From Gemmatimonadales bacterium (GTDB lineage: Bacteria > Gemmatimonadota > Gemmatimonadetes > Gemmatimonadales > Gemmatimonadaceae): 64,000 bases of DNA. Each line of letters opens with the position of its first letter. Positions within the stretch are counted from its first letter, which is position 1. Where the stretch lies: assembly GCA_031394125.1 (NCBI GenBank), contig JANMWS010000009.1, positions 39,754-103,753 on the forward strand. The letters are read 5' to 3'. Below, piece after piece: positions 9,472 to 18,625 of the stretch. The translations under genes were made by a program, and so were the position numbers. The notes beneath the pieces were generated by a model. That model saw nothing but the letters and a program-made list of their open reading frames with translations, made no database searches and had not been told where the DNA came from.

Positions 9472-10488
9472 TCACTGTTGTTTAGCAAAGGATTCAGGCG
9501 CCGGATTCAGATCAAACTGCCGAGCAATGAACTCCCCAACCCGGTGCTCCGCATAATAAAACGGACGCCATGGCACAGAGCCAGTGATAAAGCCGGCGTG
9601 ACCACCCTTCGCGACGAAGTCGACTTCGAGCGCAGGGTTGTCCCTAGCGGCTTCGCGAACCTCATCGAGGACTTCAGCGGGTAACATCGGATCGTCCACA
9701 GCGCTAAATAGTAGCGTTGTGAGTCTAACATCTTTCAGATAGGCCAGAGAGCTGGAACGAGCGTAGTAGTCCTGCGCATCTCGAAATCCGTGCAAAGGAC
9801 CTGTGATCAGGTTGTCAAAATCCTCGAGAGTTCTTACGGCCGCGATCCTATCATGGGGCGCAAGATCTGGAAAGTGCAGCGCTTTTTTCTGCGCCTTTTT
9901 CCGAAGCGAATTCAGGAAGAATCGCTGATAGAACCTCGAGAACCCGCAGTTGATCCGCCTGGACGAGCGTGCAAGGTCAAAGGGGACTGAAACAGCGGCA
10001 GCAGCCTTAAGCTGGGGAGGAAGATCTTTCCCTCGCTCCCCGAGGAATTTCAGTAACACGTTTCCACCGAGGGACACACCCGCAAGCGCAAGCGAGGATT
10101 CCGGAAACTCCTCCAATATTCTGTCCAGGACTAAGCCGACATCGCTGGTTTCACCGGAGTGGTAGAATCGGCGTGTGAGGTTCAGCTCGGAGCCGCAGGA
10201 ACGAAAGATCAGAAGGTCGGCTCCCCAGCCTCTTCTGGCGGCCTCATTGAGCAGAGCTTGCACGTAGTGAGAGTGGATGGTGCCTTCGAGTCCGTGGAGC
10301 AATAACACCCGGGGAGCGCCTTGATCCGCAGCCAGCCGATGTACCTCCAGAAAATCACCATCGGGCGTATCCCAACGCTCCAGGACCGTCGGCGCAGGCG
10401 TTTGTCGCCGGAAAAGCTTTCCCCACAGGGTTTGCAGATGACCACCCGGAATCCACCAGGCGGGGGAATAGATTATGTCACGCGCCAT
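9472..10488 (-). CDS. alpha/beta hydrolase, YheT/ABHD1-3-like
   Basis: Nucleophile elbow GVSLGGN, N-terminal GGHLQT motif typical of YheT-type hydrolases, 338 aa. Confidence 0.85.
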   Translation of the reverse strand: MARDIIYSPAWWIPGGHLQTLWGKLFRRQTPAPTVLERWDTPDGDFLEVHRLAADQGAPRVLLLHGLEGTIHSHYVQALLNEAARRGWGADLLIFRSCGSELNLTRRFYHSGETSDVGLVLDRILEEFPESSLALAGVSLGGNVLLKFLGERGKDLPPQLKAAAAVSVPFDLARSSRRINCGFSRFYQRFFLNSLRKKAQKKALHFPDLAPHDRIAAVRTLEDFDNLITGPLHGFRDAQDYYARSSSLAYLKDVRLTTLLFSAVDDPMLPAEVLDEVREAARDNPALEVDFVAKGGHAGFITGSVPWRPFYYAEHRVGEFIARQFDLNPAPESFAKQQ

Positions 10489-10556
10489 CGACCTCTCCGG
10501 TGCCGATCGATGGTGCCTGCGAGCAAATTCCTTGGGACGACGTGGAGGGGCCAGTC

Positions 10557-10904
10557 TTGGAAGTACAGATATTTGGCATCAGAAAGAGCCCGGACACTCG
10601 TAAGGCTCTTCGCTTTTTCTCCGAACGAAGAATCAAGACTCATTTCGTTGATTTGATGGAAAAACCGGCATCTCTCGGGGAACTGCGGAGATTTGCGCAG
10701 AAATTTGGCGTAATGCTGCTCGTTGACAAAGATTCCAAACGATTTGCAGAACTCGGACTCCGCTATGCGCAACTTTCGGACGACCGCTGGCTCCAGAAAC
10801 TCTCCGAGGAGCCACTGCTGCTGAAAATCCCCTTAGTACGAAACGCCAACCAACTTGCCGTCGGAGCTGACGAGAACGCGTGGAAAAGCTGGACCGAACG
10901 ATAA
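10557..10904 (+). CDS. ArsC/Spx-fold family protein lacking the N-terminal redox cysteine
   Basis: IFGIRKSPDTRKALRFF aligns to the usual iYg..nCdtCrKA motif with Cys replaced by Ser. Start proposed at TTG 10557, preceded by GGAGGGG; the track ORF begins at 10500. Confidence 0.7.
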   Translation: MEVQIFGIRKSPDTRKALRFFSERRIKTHFVDLMEKPASLGELRRFAQKFGVMLLVDKDSKRFAELGLRYAQLSDDRWLQKLSEEPLLLKIPLVRNANQLAVGADENAWKSWTER

Positions 10905-10988
10905 GGCCTCTCTGGTCGCTTGTGGGGCCAAGCTCGGTCAAGCGATATTGAGCTTCCTGCCTTCCCGCTCAAAACCGGTTCACGAACA

Positions 10989-12596
10989 GTGACTTATCGC
11001 GTTCTCGTCACCGATGAGATCGATGCCGAAGGTGTCGCGCTTCTTCTGGCCGAGCCAAAGCTCCTCGTCGACGAGGTGCCGACACTCCCCAAGGATGAGC
11101 TTCTCGCCCGGATCGCTGACTACGATGCGATCATAGGGCGGAGCGCGACGCGAATCTCCGAGGAGCTACTCAAGAAGGGACGCCGCCTCAAGGTAGTCGG
11201 TCGTGCCGGTGTGGGCGTGGACAACATCGCTCTCGATATTGCGACATCGCTGGGGGTGGCAGTGATCAATGCCCCGGCGGGGAACACCATCGCTGTCGCA
11301 GAGCTGTTTTTCGGTGCAGTGATCTCGTTTCTCAGGCACATACCGCGCGCGGACAGCTCGATGCATGCGGGACGGTGGGACAGGTCGGCACTGTTGGGAT
11401 CCGAGCTAAAAGACAAGGCGCTCGGAATTGTCGGCCTGGGGCGGATAGGTGGAGAGATCGCAACGAGAGCTAGAGCGTTCGGAATGAACGTTTTCGCTTA
11501 CGATCCGTACATCGCTCGGACACGCTTCGAGGCACTACGAGTTCAGGAAGCGACCTCGCTCGACTCGCTACTCGAGCAATCGAACGTGGTCACCCTCCAC
11601 ACGCCTCTTACCGATGAGACCACCGGGATGATCGGACGCCGCGAGCTTGCAAAGCTCCCGCCGCGGTCAATAGTGGTCAACATGGCTCGAGGAGGGATTG
11701 TCGACGAAGAGGCGCTGATAGAGTCGCTCGAAAGCAAGCATCTCCTTGGAGCAATAATCGATGCGTATGAGAAGGAGCCATTGGCCGCGGATCACCCGCT
11801 TCGTAAGCGGCCAGATGTCGTGCTTACTCCACACATCGGTGCGTCGACGATGGAAGCGCAGCGTAACGTCGCAGTGGATGTGTGCATTGCTGTGCGTGAT
11901 GCGTTACTGAGCGGAGAGCTTTCCCGCTCCATCAACGTCGCCGATGTCGGGGGCCAATGGGCGGAAATCGAGCCGGCGCTTTCGCTCGCCCGAAAGGCAG
12001 CAGCGGTCGGCAGGGCAATTCTCGCAACACAGGGAACGAGGGCTGTCCAACGCGTGGATGTTCGCGCCGGATCGGCGTTGACTGGAGCGAGAAGCGCACT
12101 CGTAGCCGCCGCTGCACGTGGTGTCCTGGAGGGAACAGTAGAACAGGAGCGACTCAATCTCATCAACGCACGTGCTGTCGCAGAGTCACGCGGTATCGAG
12201 CTATCGACGACTGAGACCCCGGCCCAGGAGAATCCTCACGGAATCGAAGTGAGGCTGAGCGGGGGAATGCAGGAGATCGCAATCGCGGGCACAGCACAGC
12301 CCGGTGCCGCCCCAAGACTGACTCGTATCGGCGCTTTCCACGTGGACATTCAGCCGAGGGATACGTTGCTGATTCTTACGAATAACGACGTCCCTGGAGT
12401 GATTGGACGAGTCGGAACGCTCCTTGGTGAAGCAGGCGTGAACATCGCCGAGTACCATCAGGCACGGCTCGCTCAAGGAGGCCAGGCGTTAGCCGCCGTT
12501 TCAGTTGACGGAGATGTGAGTGAAACCATCCGGGAGTCGCTGCTTCGGCTGTCGGACGTTCTGTCTGCTGCCGTCGTCTGCTTTCATTCCGGGTGA
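10989..12596 (+). CDS. serA: D-3-phosphoglycerate dehydrogenase (long form with ASB and ACT domains)
   Basis: NAD-binding GLGRIGGEIA and a C-terminal ACT segment LLILTNNDVPGVIGRVGTLLGEAGVNIAEY. Start is uncertain (GTG 10989 proposed; the ORF opens at 10920). Confidence 0.9.
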   Translation: MTYRVLVTDEIDAEGVALLLAEPKLLVDEVPTLPKDELLARIADYDAIIGRSATRISEELLKKGRRLKVVGRAGVGVDNIALDIATSLGVAVINAPAGNTIAVAELFFGAVISFLRHIPRADSSMHAGRWDRSALLGSELKDKALGIVGLGRIGGEIATRARAFGMNVFAYDPYIARTRFEALRVQEATSLDSLLEQSNVVTLHTPLTDETTGMIGRRELAKLPPRSIVVNMARGGIVDEEALIESLESKHLLGAIIDAYEKEPLAADHPLRKRPDVVLTPHIGASTMEAQRNVAVDVCIAVRDALLSGELSRSINVADVGGQWAEIEPALSLARKAAAVGRAILATQGTRAVQRVDVRAGSALTGARSALVAAAARGVLEGTVEQERLNLINARAVAESRGIELSTTETPAQENPHGIEVRLSGGMQEIAIAGTAQPGAAPRLTRIGAFHVDIQPRDTLLILTNNDVPGVIGRVGTLLGEAGVNIAEYHQARLAQGGQALAAVSVDGDVSETIRESLLRLSDVLSAAVVCFHSG

Positions 12597-13960
12597 GCAC
12601 AGACGTAAGCAGCGACCGAGCTATACGGCAGGCATACGAAGCCGATTCATCTGGGCTTCAGCTGATCCCGGAACTGGTAGCGCGGCCCGAGACGATCAAC
12701 GACGTAATCGCGCTCGTGAAAGAGGCTGCTGCCGAGCGGACTCCCGTGACATCTGCCGGCGCGCAGACCAGCACTACGGGCGCGTCGATCACTGACACTG
12801 GAATGCTGCTCTCCCTTCGATCCCTGAATCAGATCAGCGATCTCGACGTCAAATCAAGGACAGTCAGAGTTGGTCCCGGAGCGATCATCGCTGACATCAA
12901 GAAAACGGCAGCAGCAGCCGGGTTGCTGTTCCCACCGGACCCCACCAGTGAAGAAGAGTCGACCATCGGTGGTGCGATCGCGTGCAATGCATCGGGAGCG
13001 CGCACGTTCAAGTACGGTGCGACCCGAAAGCACGTTCGCGCGCTCAAGGTAGTCCTGGCGAGTGGTGAGCTGGTCGAATTTCGCAGGTCGGATCTCGAGA
13101 AAAACACTGTTGGGTACGCGTTTGCACATGATCCGATCGATTGGTTCGTCGGCAGTGAAGGTACTCTCGGAATAATCGTGGAGGCTGAGCTTGGCTTGCT
13201 TCCTCTGCCCCAACGTGTAGTAGGACTCGCCACGCTGTTCAGGGACGAGAGTGAAGCGCTGAAATTCGTGATTGCCAGTCGGGAAGCGACATCAGTCTCT
13301 CCGAGATGCATCGAGTACTTCGACGAGCGAGCGTTGGAGATCGCTCGACGCAGTGCTCCGGGCGCAGCCATAACACAGGATGCCGGAGCGATGGTGTACG
13401 TCGAAGAGGAGATCAGTGACGATCTCGACTCAAGTCTTGCACTCTGGCTCGAGCTGATCGAGTCGATTGCTCCGGACTTCGAGCCTCTGGTGTTCGATGG
13501 CGAAGCAAGGCTGAGGGAAGCGCGCAGGATTCGTCACAGCATTCCTGCCACGATGAATGACAATGGAGGAAAACACCGTGAGGCGGGAGGCAGAAAAGTC
13601 GGCACCGACTGGGCCGTCCCTTACCGAAAGCTGGATCAGGCAATTAAAACCGCTCGTTCATTTGCGGCAGAGCGGGGACTCGAAGCGCCGGTCATTTACG
13701 GACATGCGGGCAATGGTCACCCTCACCAGAATTTCATCGCCCGGGATTCGGGAGAGCTGACTACTATAGAAGAGGTGGTCGAGCAAACACTTAGGCACGT
13801 TCTATCCCTCGGCGGTACGGTTGCGGCGGAGCACGGCATCGGCAAGCTCAAGCGTCGATGGCTCCCGTTGCAGATGAATCCTCTCCAAATATCGATGATG
13901 ACGGCGGTAAAGCGTGAGCTCGACCCGCTGGGCATTCTGGCGCCTGGCAACATTCTGTGA
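12593..13960 (+). CDS. FAD-binding oxidase, GlcD/D-lactate/D-2-hydroxyacid dehydrogenase family
   Basis: FAD_binding_4-like N-terminal half (PETINDVIALVKEA...TSAGAQTSTTGASI) and a C-terminal FAD-linked-oxidase half ending AEHGIGKLK. GTGA overlap with the serA stop. Confidence 0.85.
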   Translation: MSTDVSSDRAIRQAYEADSSGLQLIPELVARPETINDVIALVKEAAAERTPVTSAGAQTSTTGASITDTGMLLSLRSLNQISDLDVKSRTVRVGPGAIIADIKKTAAAAGLLFPPDPTSEEESTIGGAIACNASGARTFKYGATRKHVRALKVVLASGELVEFRRSDLEKNTVGYAFAHDPIDWFVGSEGTLGIIVEAELGLLPLPQRVVGLATLFRDESEALKFVIASREATSVSPRCIEYFDERALEIARRSAPGAAITQDAGAMVYVEEEISDDLDSSLALWLELIESIAPDFEPLVFDGEARLREARRIRHSIPATMNDNGGKHREAGGRKVGTDWAVPYRKLDQAIKTARSFAAERGLEAPVIYGHAGNGHPHQNFIARDSGELTTIEEVVEQTLRHVLSLGGTVAAEHGIGKLKRRWLPLQMNPLQISMMTAVKRELDPLGILAPGNIL

Positions 13961-14601
13961 CCCGATTCAACTCGGTCGTCCTGGATGTGGATTCGACGTT
14001 GAGCGGCGTGGAGGGGATCGATTGGCTCGCGTCACTACGTGGTGCTGAAGTCGAAGCGTGGAGCGGTTCTCTGACTGCTCGGGCCATGGAGGGACTCATT
14101 CCGATAGAAGCGGTTTACGGAGAGAGAATGGGCGTAGTGAAGCCGACTCTATCCGAAATCCAGGAACTGAGCGCCGTTTACATCGATCGCGTCGCACCAG
14201 ATGCGCGAGACGCGCTCGGCAAGCTGCGTGAGCACAACGTCGAGCTTGTGATGGTTAGTGGCGGACTACGCGAGGCCATCCTGCCGCTTGCCAAGTTGCT
14301 GGGGATCCGCGAAGAACGAGTTCACGCCGTTTCCGTATTCTTCGGTGGAGACGGCGAGTACACCGGATTCGACGATCGCTCTCTGTTGACGCGCCAGAAC
14401 GGAAAGCGGACGATGGTGAAGGAGATGGCCTTGAAAGGTCCGGTATTAGCAGTTGGCGACGGGATGACGGACTGCGAGATCAGACCGGTCGTTGACGGCT
14501 TCGCTGCGTTCACCGGCTTCATGAAGCGCGATCCCGTCGTTGAGCGCGCCGATTACGTAATCGAAAATTTTGACCAACTCCGAGCCCTTGTACTTGAATG
14601 A
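13957..14601 (+). CDS. HAD-IB hydrolase, phosphoserine-phosphatase-like
   Basis: HAD motif I VVLDVDSTL, motif II MVSGG, motif IV GDGMTD. GTGA overlap with the upstream stop. Confidence 0.7.
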   Translation: MTRFNSVVLDVDSTLSGVEGIDWLASLRGAEVEAWSGSLTARAMEGLIPIEAVYGERMGVVKPTLSEIQELSAVYIDRVAPDARDALGKLREHNVELVMVSGGLREAILPLAKLLGIREERVHAVSVFFGGDGEYTGFDDRSLLTRQNGKRTMVKEMALKGPVLAVGDGMTDCEIRPVVDGFAAFTGFMKRDPVVERADYVIENFDQLRALVLE

Positions 14602-15695
14602 ACACGAACAAGACATTCGGCACCTTTTTTCTTCCCGGTCCAACCGAAGTTCGTCAGGAAATCATGGCTGCCATGATGCAGCCGATGATCGCACATCGCG
14701 GATCGGCGTTCGAGCAGCTGTTCGAACGTCTTCAGCGTGGGCTAAGGCCGCTGTTCATGACTGAGCGTCCCGTCTACATCAACTCATCGTCCGCGACAGG
14801 AATGATGGAGTCGGCGATTCGTTGTGCTCCCGCCGGCCGCATGCTCTGCCTGGTAAACGGCGCATTCTCGGAGCGGTTCGCCCACATCGCTTCGATGTGC
14901 GCGCGAGACGTAGACCGGTACGAAGTCGCGTGGGGGCAGATACACACCATACCACAACTGGACGAACGGCTGTCGATGCGGAAGTACGCCGCCATCACAG
15001 TCGTACATTCGGAAACCTCAACAGGTGCGCTGAATGATGTACGCGCGATCTCTGATTGTGCTCATCGCCACGGTGCGGTCTGCCTGGTGGATAGCGTAAG
15101 CGGGTTCGCCGGAGCAGAGCTACGGTTTGACGAATGGAAGCTCGATTATCTGCTGACAGGCTCTCAGAAGGCACTGGCACTTCCGCCAGGTCTCTCTTTC
15201 GCCGTTGCTTCGCCCTCGTTTGTCGATCAGGCGAATGCGTCGTCCGCGCGCGGAGTCTATTTCGATCTGGTCGAGCTCGACGCTTACGCGCGGAGGAATC
15301 AGACTCCAAGCACTCCTGCCTTGTCGCTTTTCTACGCGCTCGAGGTCCAGGTGAAATCGATCGCCGCCGAGGGAATCGAAGCCCGATGGGCCCGGCACAA
15401 AGCAATGGCCGCAAGGAGCCAGGAATGGCTGACAAAAGTTGCAGATGAAACCGGGAAGCGCGTCGTGAACATCGCACCTCTTGGATCCCAATCGCCGACT
15501 GTGTCGACGATCAGACTCCCGACCGACATTCCCGGAGACACATTCACTGCCGCAGTCGCAAAAAAGGGGATCGTTGTCGGCAGCGGGTACGGGAAGCTCA
15601 AGAGCTCGACGTTTCGGATCGGACACATGGGTGATCACACGCTCGATACTCTGGAGCGTTGTCTCTCGGCTTGTTCGAGCGTGCTCCGCGCTTGA
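14598..15695 (+). CDS. class V aminotransferase (serine-glyoxylate / archaeal-type phosphoserine aminotransferase family)
   Basis: PLP-lysine context TGSQKALALPPG, 365 aa, ATGA overlap with the upstream stop. Confidence 0.85.
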   Translation: MNTNKTFGTFFLPGPTEVRQEIMAAMMQPMIAHRGSAFEQLFERLQRGLRPLFMTERPVYINSSSATGMMESAIRCAPAGRMLCLVNGAFSERFAHIASMCARDVDRYEVAWGQIHTIPQLDERLSMRKYAAITVVHSETSTGALNDVRAISDCAHRHGAVCLVDSVSGFAGAELRFDEWKLDYLLTGSQKALALPPGLSFAVASPSFVDQANASSARGVYFDLVELDAYARRNQTPSTPALSLFYALEVQVKSIAAEGIEARWARHKAMAARSQEWLTKVADETGKRVVNIAPLGSQSPTVSTIRLPTDIPGDTFTAAVAKKGIVVGSGYGKLKSSTFRIGHMGDHTLDTLERCLSACSSVLRA

Positions 15696-17644
15696 CACAA
15701 ATCTCAGTTTCGAACGCCGGTGTTGAATTTGGCGCTACGAGAATATTCGAAGGTGTAACATTCACGGTCGGCAAGGGTGACCGTTGGGCAATCCTTGGCC
15801 GGAATGGAAGCGGGAAGACGACGCTTTTCCGCGTGATCACCGGAGTTCAGAAACCAACTGAAGGTGCCGTGACGCAACAGCCCGGGTTGCGAGTGGCACT
15901 CCTCGAGCAGCATCGCGACTTCGGTGGAGCGCAAACTGTCTGGGAGGCGGGAGCGGGAGAATTCGCGGATCTTCTCGCGCTCGAGCACTCTTTGGCGGAG
16001 CAAGGCAGCGAGCTCGCAAAGGTCGGGGAAGCCGCTTCCCCACAGATGCTGGCCAGATACGACCGCGATCTCGAACGATTCGATCGCGAAGGAGGTTACA
16101 CGTTTGCCCCGAGGGTAGACGCAGTGCTTCAAGGTCTTGGCTTCGACGCGGAGAAAGCGCGTACACAACCATTGGAGCAATTGAGCGGTGGCGAACGCGG
16201 ACGGCTCGGGCTCGCACGACAGCTGGTGAGCGCGGCCGATGTCCTTCTGCTCGATGAGCCGACGAATCACCTCGATCTAGAAACGACCAAGTGGCTCGAA
16301 GACTACCTGAACAACACTGACAAGACGATCCTGCTCATAAGCCACGATCGGACATTTCTCGCCAATATCGTAGATCACGTGCTCCACCTGGAGGGTGGTA
16401 CGGCCGTGGAGTACACAGGAAGCTACGAGTCATTCGTCGCTCAGCGCGAAGAACGTCGGCTCAGTCAGCAACGGGCGGCCGACAAGCAGCGCAAGGTGAT
16501 CGCTGAAGAAGAAGACTACATCAGGCGTAATATCGCCGGTCAGAACTCGAAGCAGGCGAAAGGACGACGCAAGCGTCTGAGTCGAACGCCGAGACTCAGC
16601 GGTCCGACTGCGGAGGAAGGGAGTGCCATGGGCCTCAGGCTGGACATGGCAGAACGAGGCGGTGACCAGGTGATTGTCGCCCGGGACGTCACAGTCGGAG
16701 TAGAGGGACGCACACTAATCCGAAACTTCACCGCCACAATTCAGCGTGGCGAGATAGTTGGCTTCGTTGGCCCAAACGGAAGCGGAAAATCCACGTTTCT
16801 GCGAGCGCTCGTGGGAGAGCGAGAGGTCGACAGCGGAGAGCTTCGCATCGGTGGATCTGTCCGTCCCAGCTACTACCGCCAGGATATGGCGCAGGTACCA
16901 GTGGATCGTGCGCTCTTCGATATCATTAGTGAGCTGAGGCCAAACTGGGAGCGCCGTCAGGTGCAGGGGCACCTTGCCCGCTTTGGTTTTTCAGGAGATG
17001 AGGCTCAACGGCGCGCCGAGACGCTTTCGGGCGGGGAGAGGGCTCGGGTTGCACTCGCGATGATGGTGCTCAGCCGGGCAAACTTTCTCGTGCTCGATGA
17101 GCCGACGAACCATCTCGACATCGAGTCAGTCGAGGCTCTCGAAGAGGCTCTCGAATCATACGAGGGCACCATCCTCCTGGTGAGTCACGATCGCGCAATG
17201 CTCGAAGCTCTGACGTCGCGAGTATGGGTGCTTCATGAGCATCACGTTACGGATTTTCCCGGATCATTCGGAGAGTGGGAGGAGCAGAGCCGCGAACGCG
17301 AGCACGCTGCTGCCGTTGCCGCATCCGAGCAGGAAGCCCTTCGCAGGGTGAGGGAGCGCCAGACGACCAGAAGGCGCGAAGTCAAAGGAGATGAGAGCCG
17401 AGCGGTGCTACGCGAAGCGAGACAGAAAGTGGAAAGGTGCGAGAAGGAAGTCGCAATGCTCGAGCGGCGAATAGCGGAACTGACCGCCCTTCTCGAGGAT
17501 CCGGAGCTTTACACCACCCGCGAAGGAATGGAGAGATCACGGCAATCTGGAAAGGAGCTCGATGTAGTGCGTCGACAGCTGGATGCCGCCATCGAGAGAT
17601 GGACAGCCGCGACCGAGCGAGCCGAGCAGCTCTCAGCGACCTAA
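15692..17644 (+). CDS. ABC-F family ATPase (Uup/YheS/EttA-like, no TM domain)
   Basis: Two Walker A motifs (GRNGSGKTT, GPNGSGKST), two signatures (LSGGERGRL, LSGGERARV) and a C-terminal coiled coil. TTG at 15692 overlaps the upstream TGA; the track ORF starts at 15659. Confidence 0.9.
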   Translation: MTQISVSNAGVEFGATRIFEGVTFTVGKGDRWAILGRNGSGKTTLFRVITGVQKPTEGAVTQQPGLRVALLEQHRDFGGAQTVWEAGAGEFADLLALEHSLAEQGSELAKVGEAASPQMLARYDRDLERFDREGGYTFAPRVDAVLQGLGFDAEKARTQPLEQLSGGERGRLGLARQLVSAADVLLLDEPTNHLDLETTKWLEDYLNNTDKTILLISHDRTFLANIVDHVLHLEGGTAVEYTGSYESFVAQREERRLSQQRAADKQRKVIAEEEDYIRRNIAGQNSKQAKGRRKRLSRTPRLSGPTAEEGSAMGLRLDMAERGGDQVIVARDVTVGVEGRTLIRNFTATIQRGEIVGFVGPNGSGKSTFLRALVGEREVDSGELRIGGSVRPSYYRQDMAQVPVDRALFDIISELRPNWERRQVQGHLARFGFSGDEAQRRAETLSGGERARVALAMMVLSRANFLVLDEPTNHLDIESVEALEEALESYEGTILLVSHDRAMLEALTSRVWVLHEHHVTDFPGSFGEWEEQSREREHAAAVAASEQEALRRVRERQTTRRREVKGDESRAVLREARQKVERCEKEVAMLERRIAELTALLEDPELYTTREGMERSRQSGKELDVVRRQLDAAIERWTAATERAEQLSAT

Positions 17645-17647
17645 TTG

Positions 17648-18625
17648 TCAAAACTCGCCGATAAAGCCTATCTCAACCTCCAGGTGGTGCCCGAATCTCT
17701 GCTGCACTTTGTCCTGCGCAATCGCGATCAGCTCGCGAACGTTTTTCGCGGTCGCCTTACCCAGATTCACCATGATGTTCGCGTGAATGTGGGAAATCTG
17801 CGCGTCACCATGGCGGAACCCCTTCAATCCGACTTCATCGATCAGGCGTCCGGCGCCGACGCCCTCGATTTTCTTGAAAATCGAGCCCGCGCTCGGGTGA
17901 TACTCGAGCCACGGGTGCTTGCCGCCACGCCAGCTGAGATTTTCCTGCATGATGCGGTGCATGAGAGCTTTATCGCCTCGTTCCAGCTGGAAGGTCACCG
18001 CGAGGGCGATGTCCCGCTGCCTGTGGAGCGTACTGGTGTCGTAACCGAACTGCATGTAGTCCCGATCGACGGTTTGTCGCCTCCCATCGTGGGTCAGCAG
18101 CTCGGCTGCCGCGAAGACTTCCGCGATGAACATGGTTCTCTCCCTCGCAGGGGCGGGCGAAAGGAAGTGGAGGTTTTGCCAGACCGCTCCGCCAACCGTG
18201 CTGGGAATCCCGACGTAGTGCTCCAAACCCGACAACCCACGCTCGACGGCCTGGGGTATCAGCTTTGCCATCACGGCTCCGCTTTCCACCCAGAGCTTCC
18301 CATCGTCGAAAAACTTCAAATGACTCGAAGTATTCCGAATGATCAGGCCTCGGAATCCCTTGTCGCCGATGAGTATGTTGGCACCGAGACCGAGCACGAA
18401 ATACTCGATTTCGAGCTCACGAGCAGCGGTGACAGCCCCTGCCAGATCCTCCGTCGATGTTGCATCGTAGAAGAAATCGGCTGGACCGCCGATCCTGAAT
18501 GTGGTGTATTGAGCAAGTGGCTCATCTCGCTTGAGTCTTGCGCTGTCGAGTCGAGCGATCAATTGCCCGTAAGCGTTCGAACGGGCTTTCCCAGAATCTG
18601 ACATGTCCGAAAGAAAAGGTGTCAT
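17648..18625 (-). CDS. murB: UDP-N-acetylenolpyruvoylglucosamine reductase
   Basis: YTTFRIGGPADFF, GLGANILI and GSIFKK motifs. An alternative start lies at Met 18604. Confidence 0.93.
   Translation of the reverse strand: MTPFLSDMSDSGKARSNAYGQLIARLDSARLKRDEPLAQYTTFRIGGPADFFYDATSTEDLAGAVTAARELEIEYFVLGLGANILIGDKGFRGLIIRNTSSHLKFFDDGKLWVESGAVMAKLIPQAVERGLSGLEHYVGIPSTVGGAVWQNLHFLSPAPARERTMFIAEVFAAAELLTHDGRRQTVDRDYMQFGYDTSTLHRQRDIALAVTFQLERGDKALMHRIMQENLSWRGGKHPWLEYHPSAGSIFKKIEGVGAGRLIDEVGLKGFRHGDAQISHIHANIMVNLGKATAKNVRELIAIAQDKVQQRFGHHLEVEIGFIGEF

Noticed and set aside
17645-18601. 318-aa plus-strand ORF, with similar long ORFs at 34549-35364 (-), 46745-47626 (-), 60764-61798 (-), 3874-4608 (+), 22927-23586 (-) and 45530-46204 (-)
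   Set aside because: Each is antisense to a gene with unmistakable family motifs (murB, argD, desaturase/yggX, lhr, Kir, the PCP-like gene, the M1 peptidase). Their translations are Arg/Ser/Pro-rich low-complexity sequences, typical of shadow ORFs in high-GC DNA.
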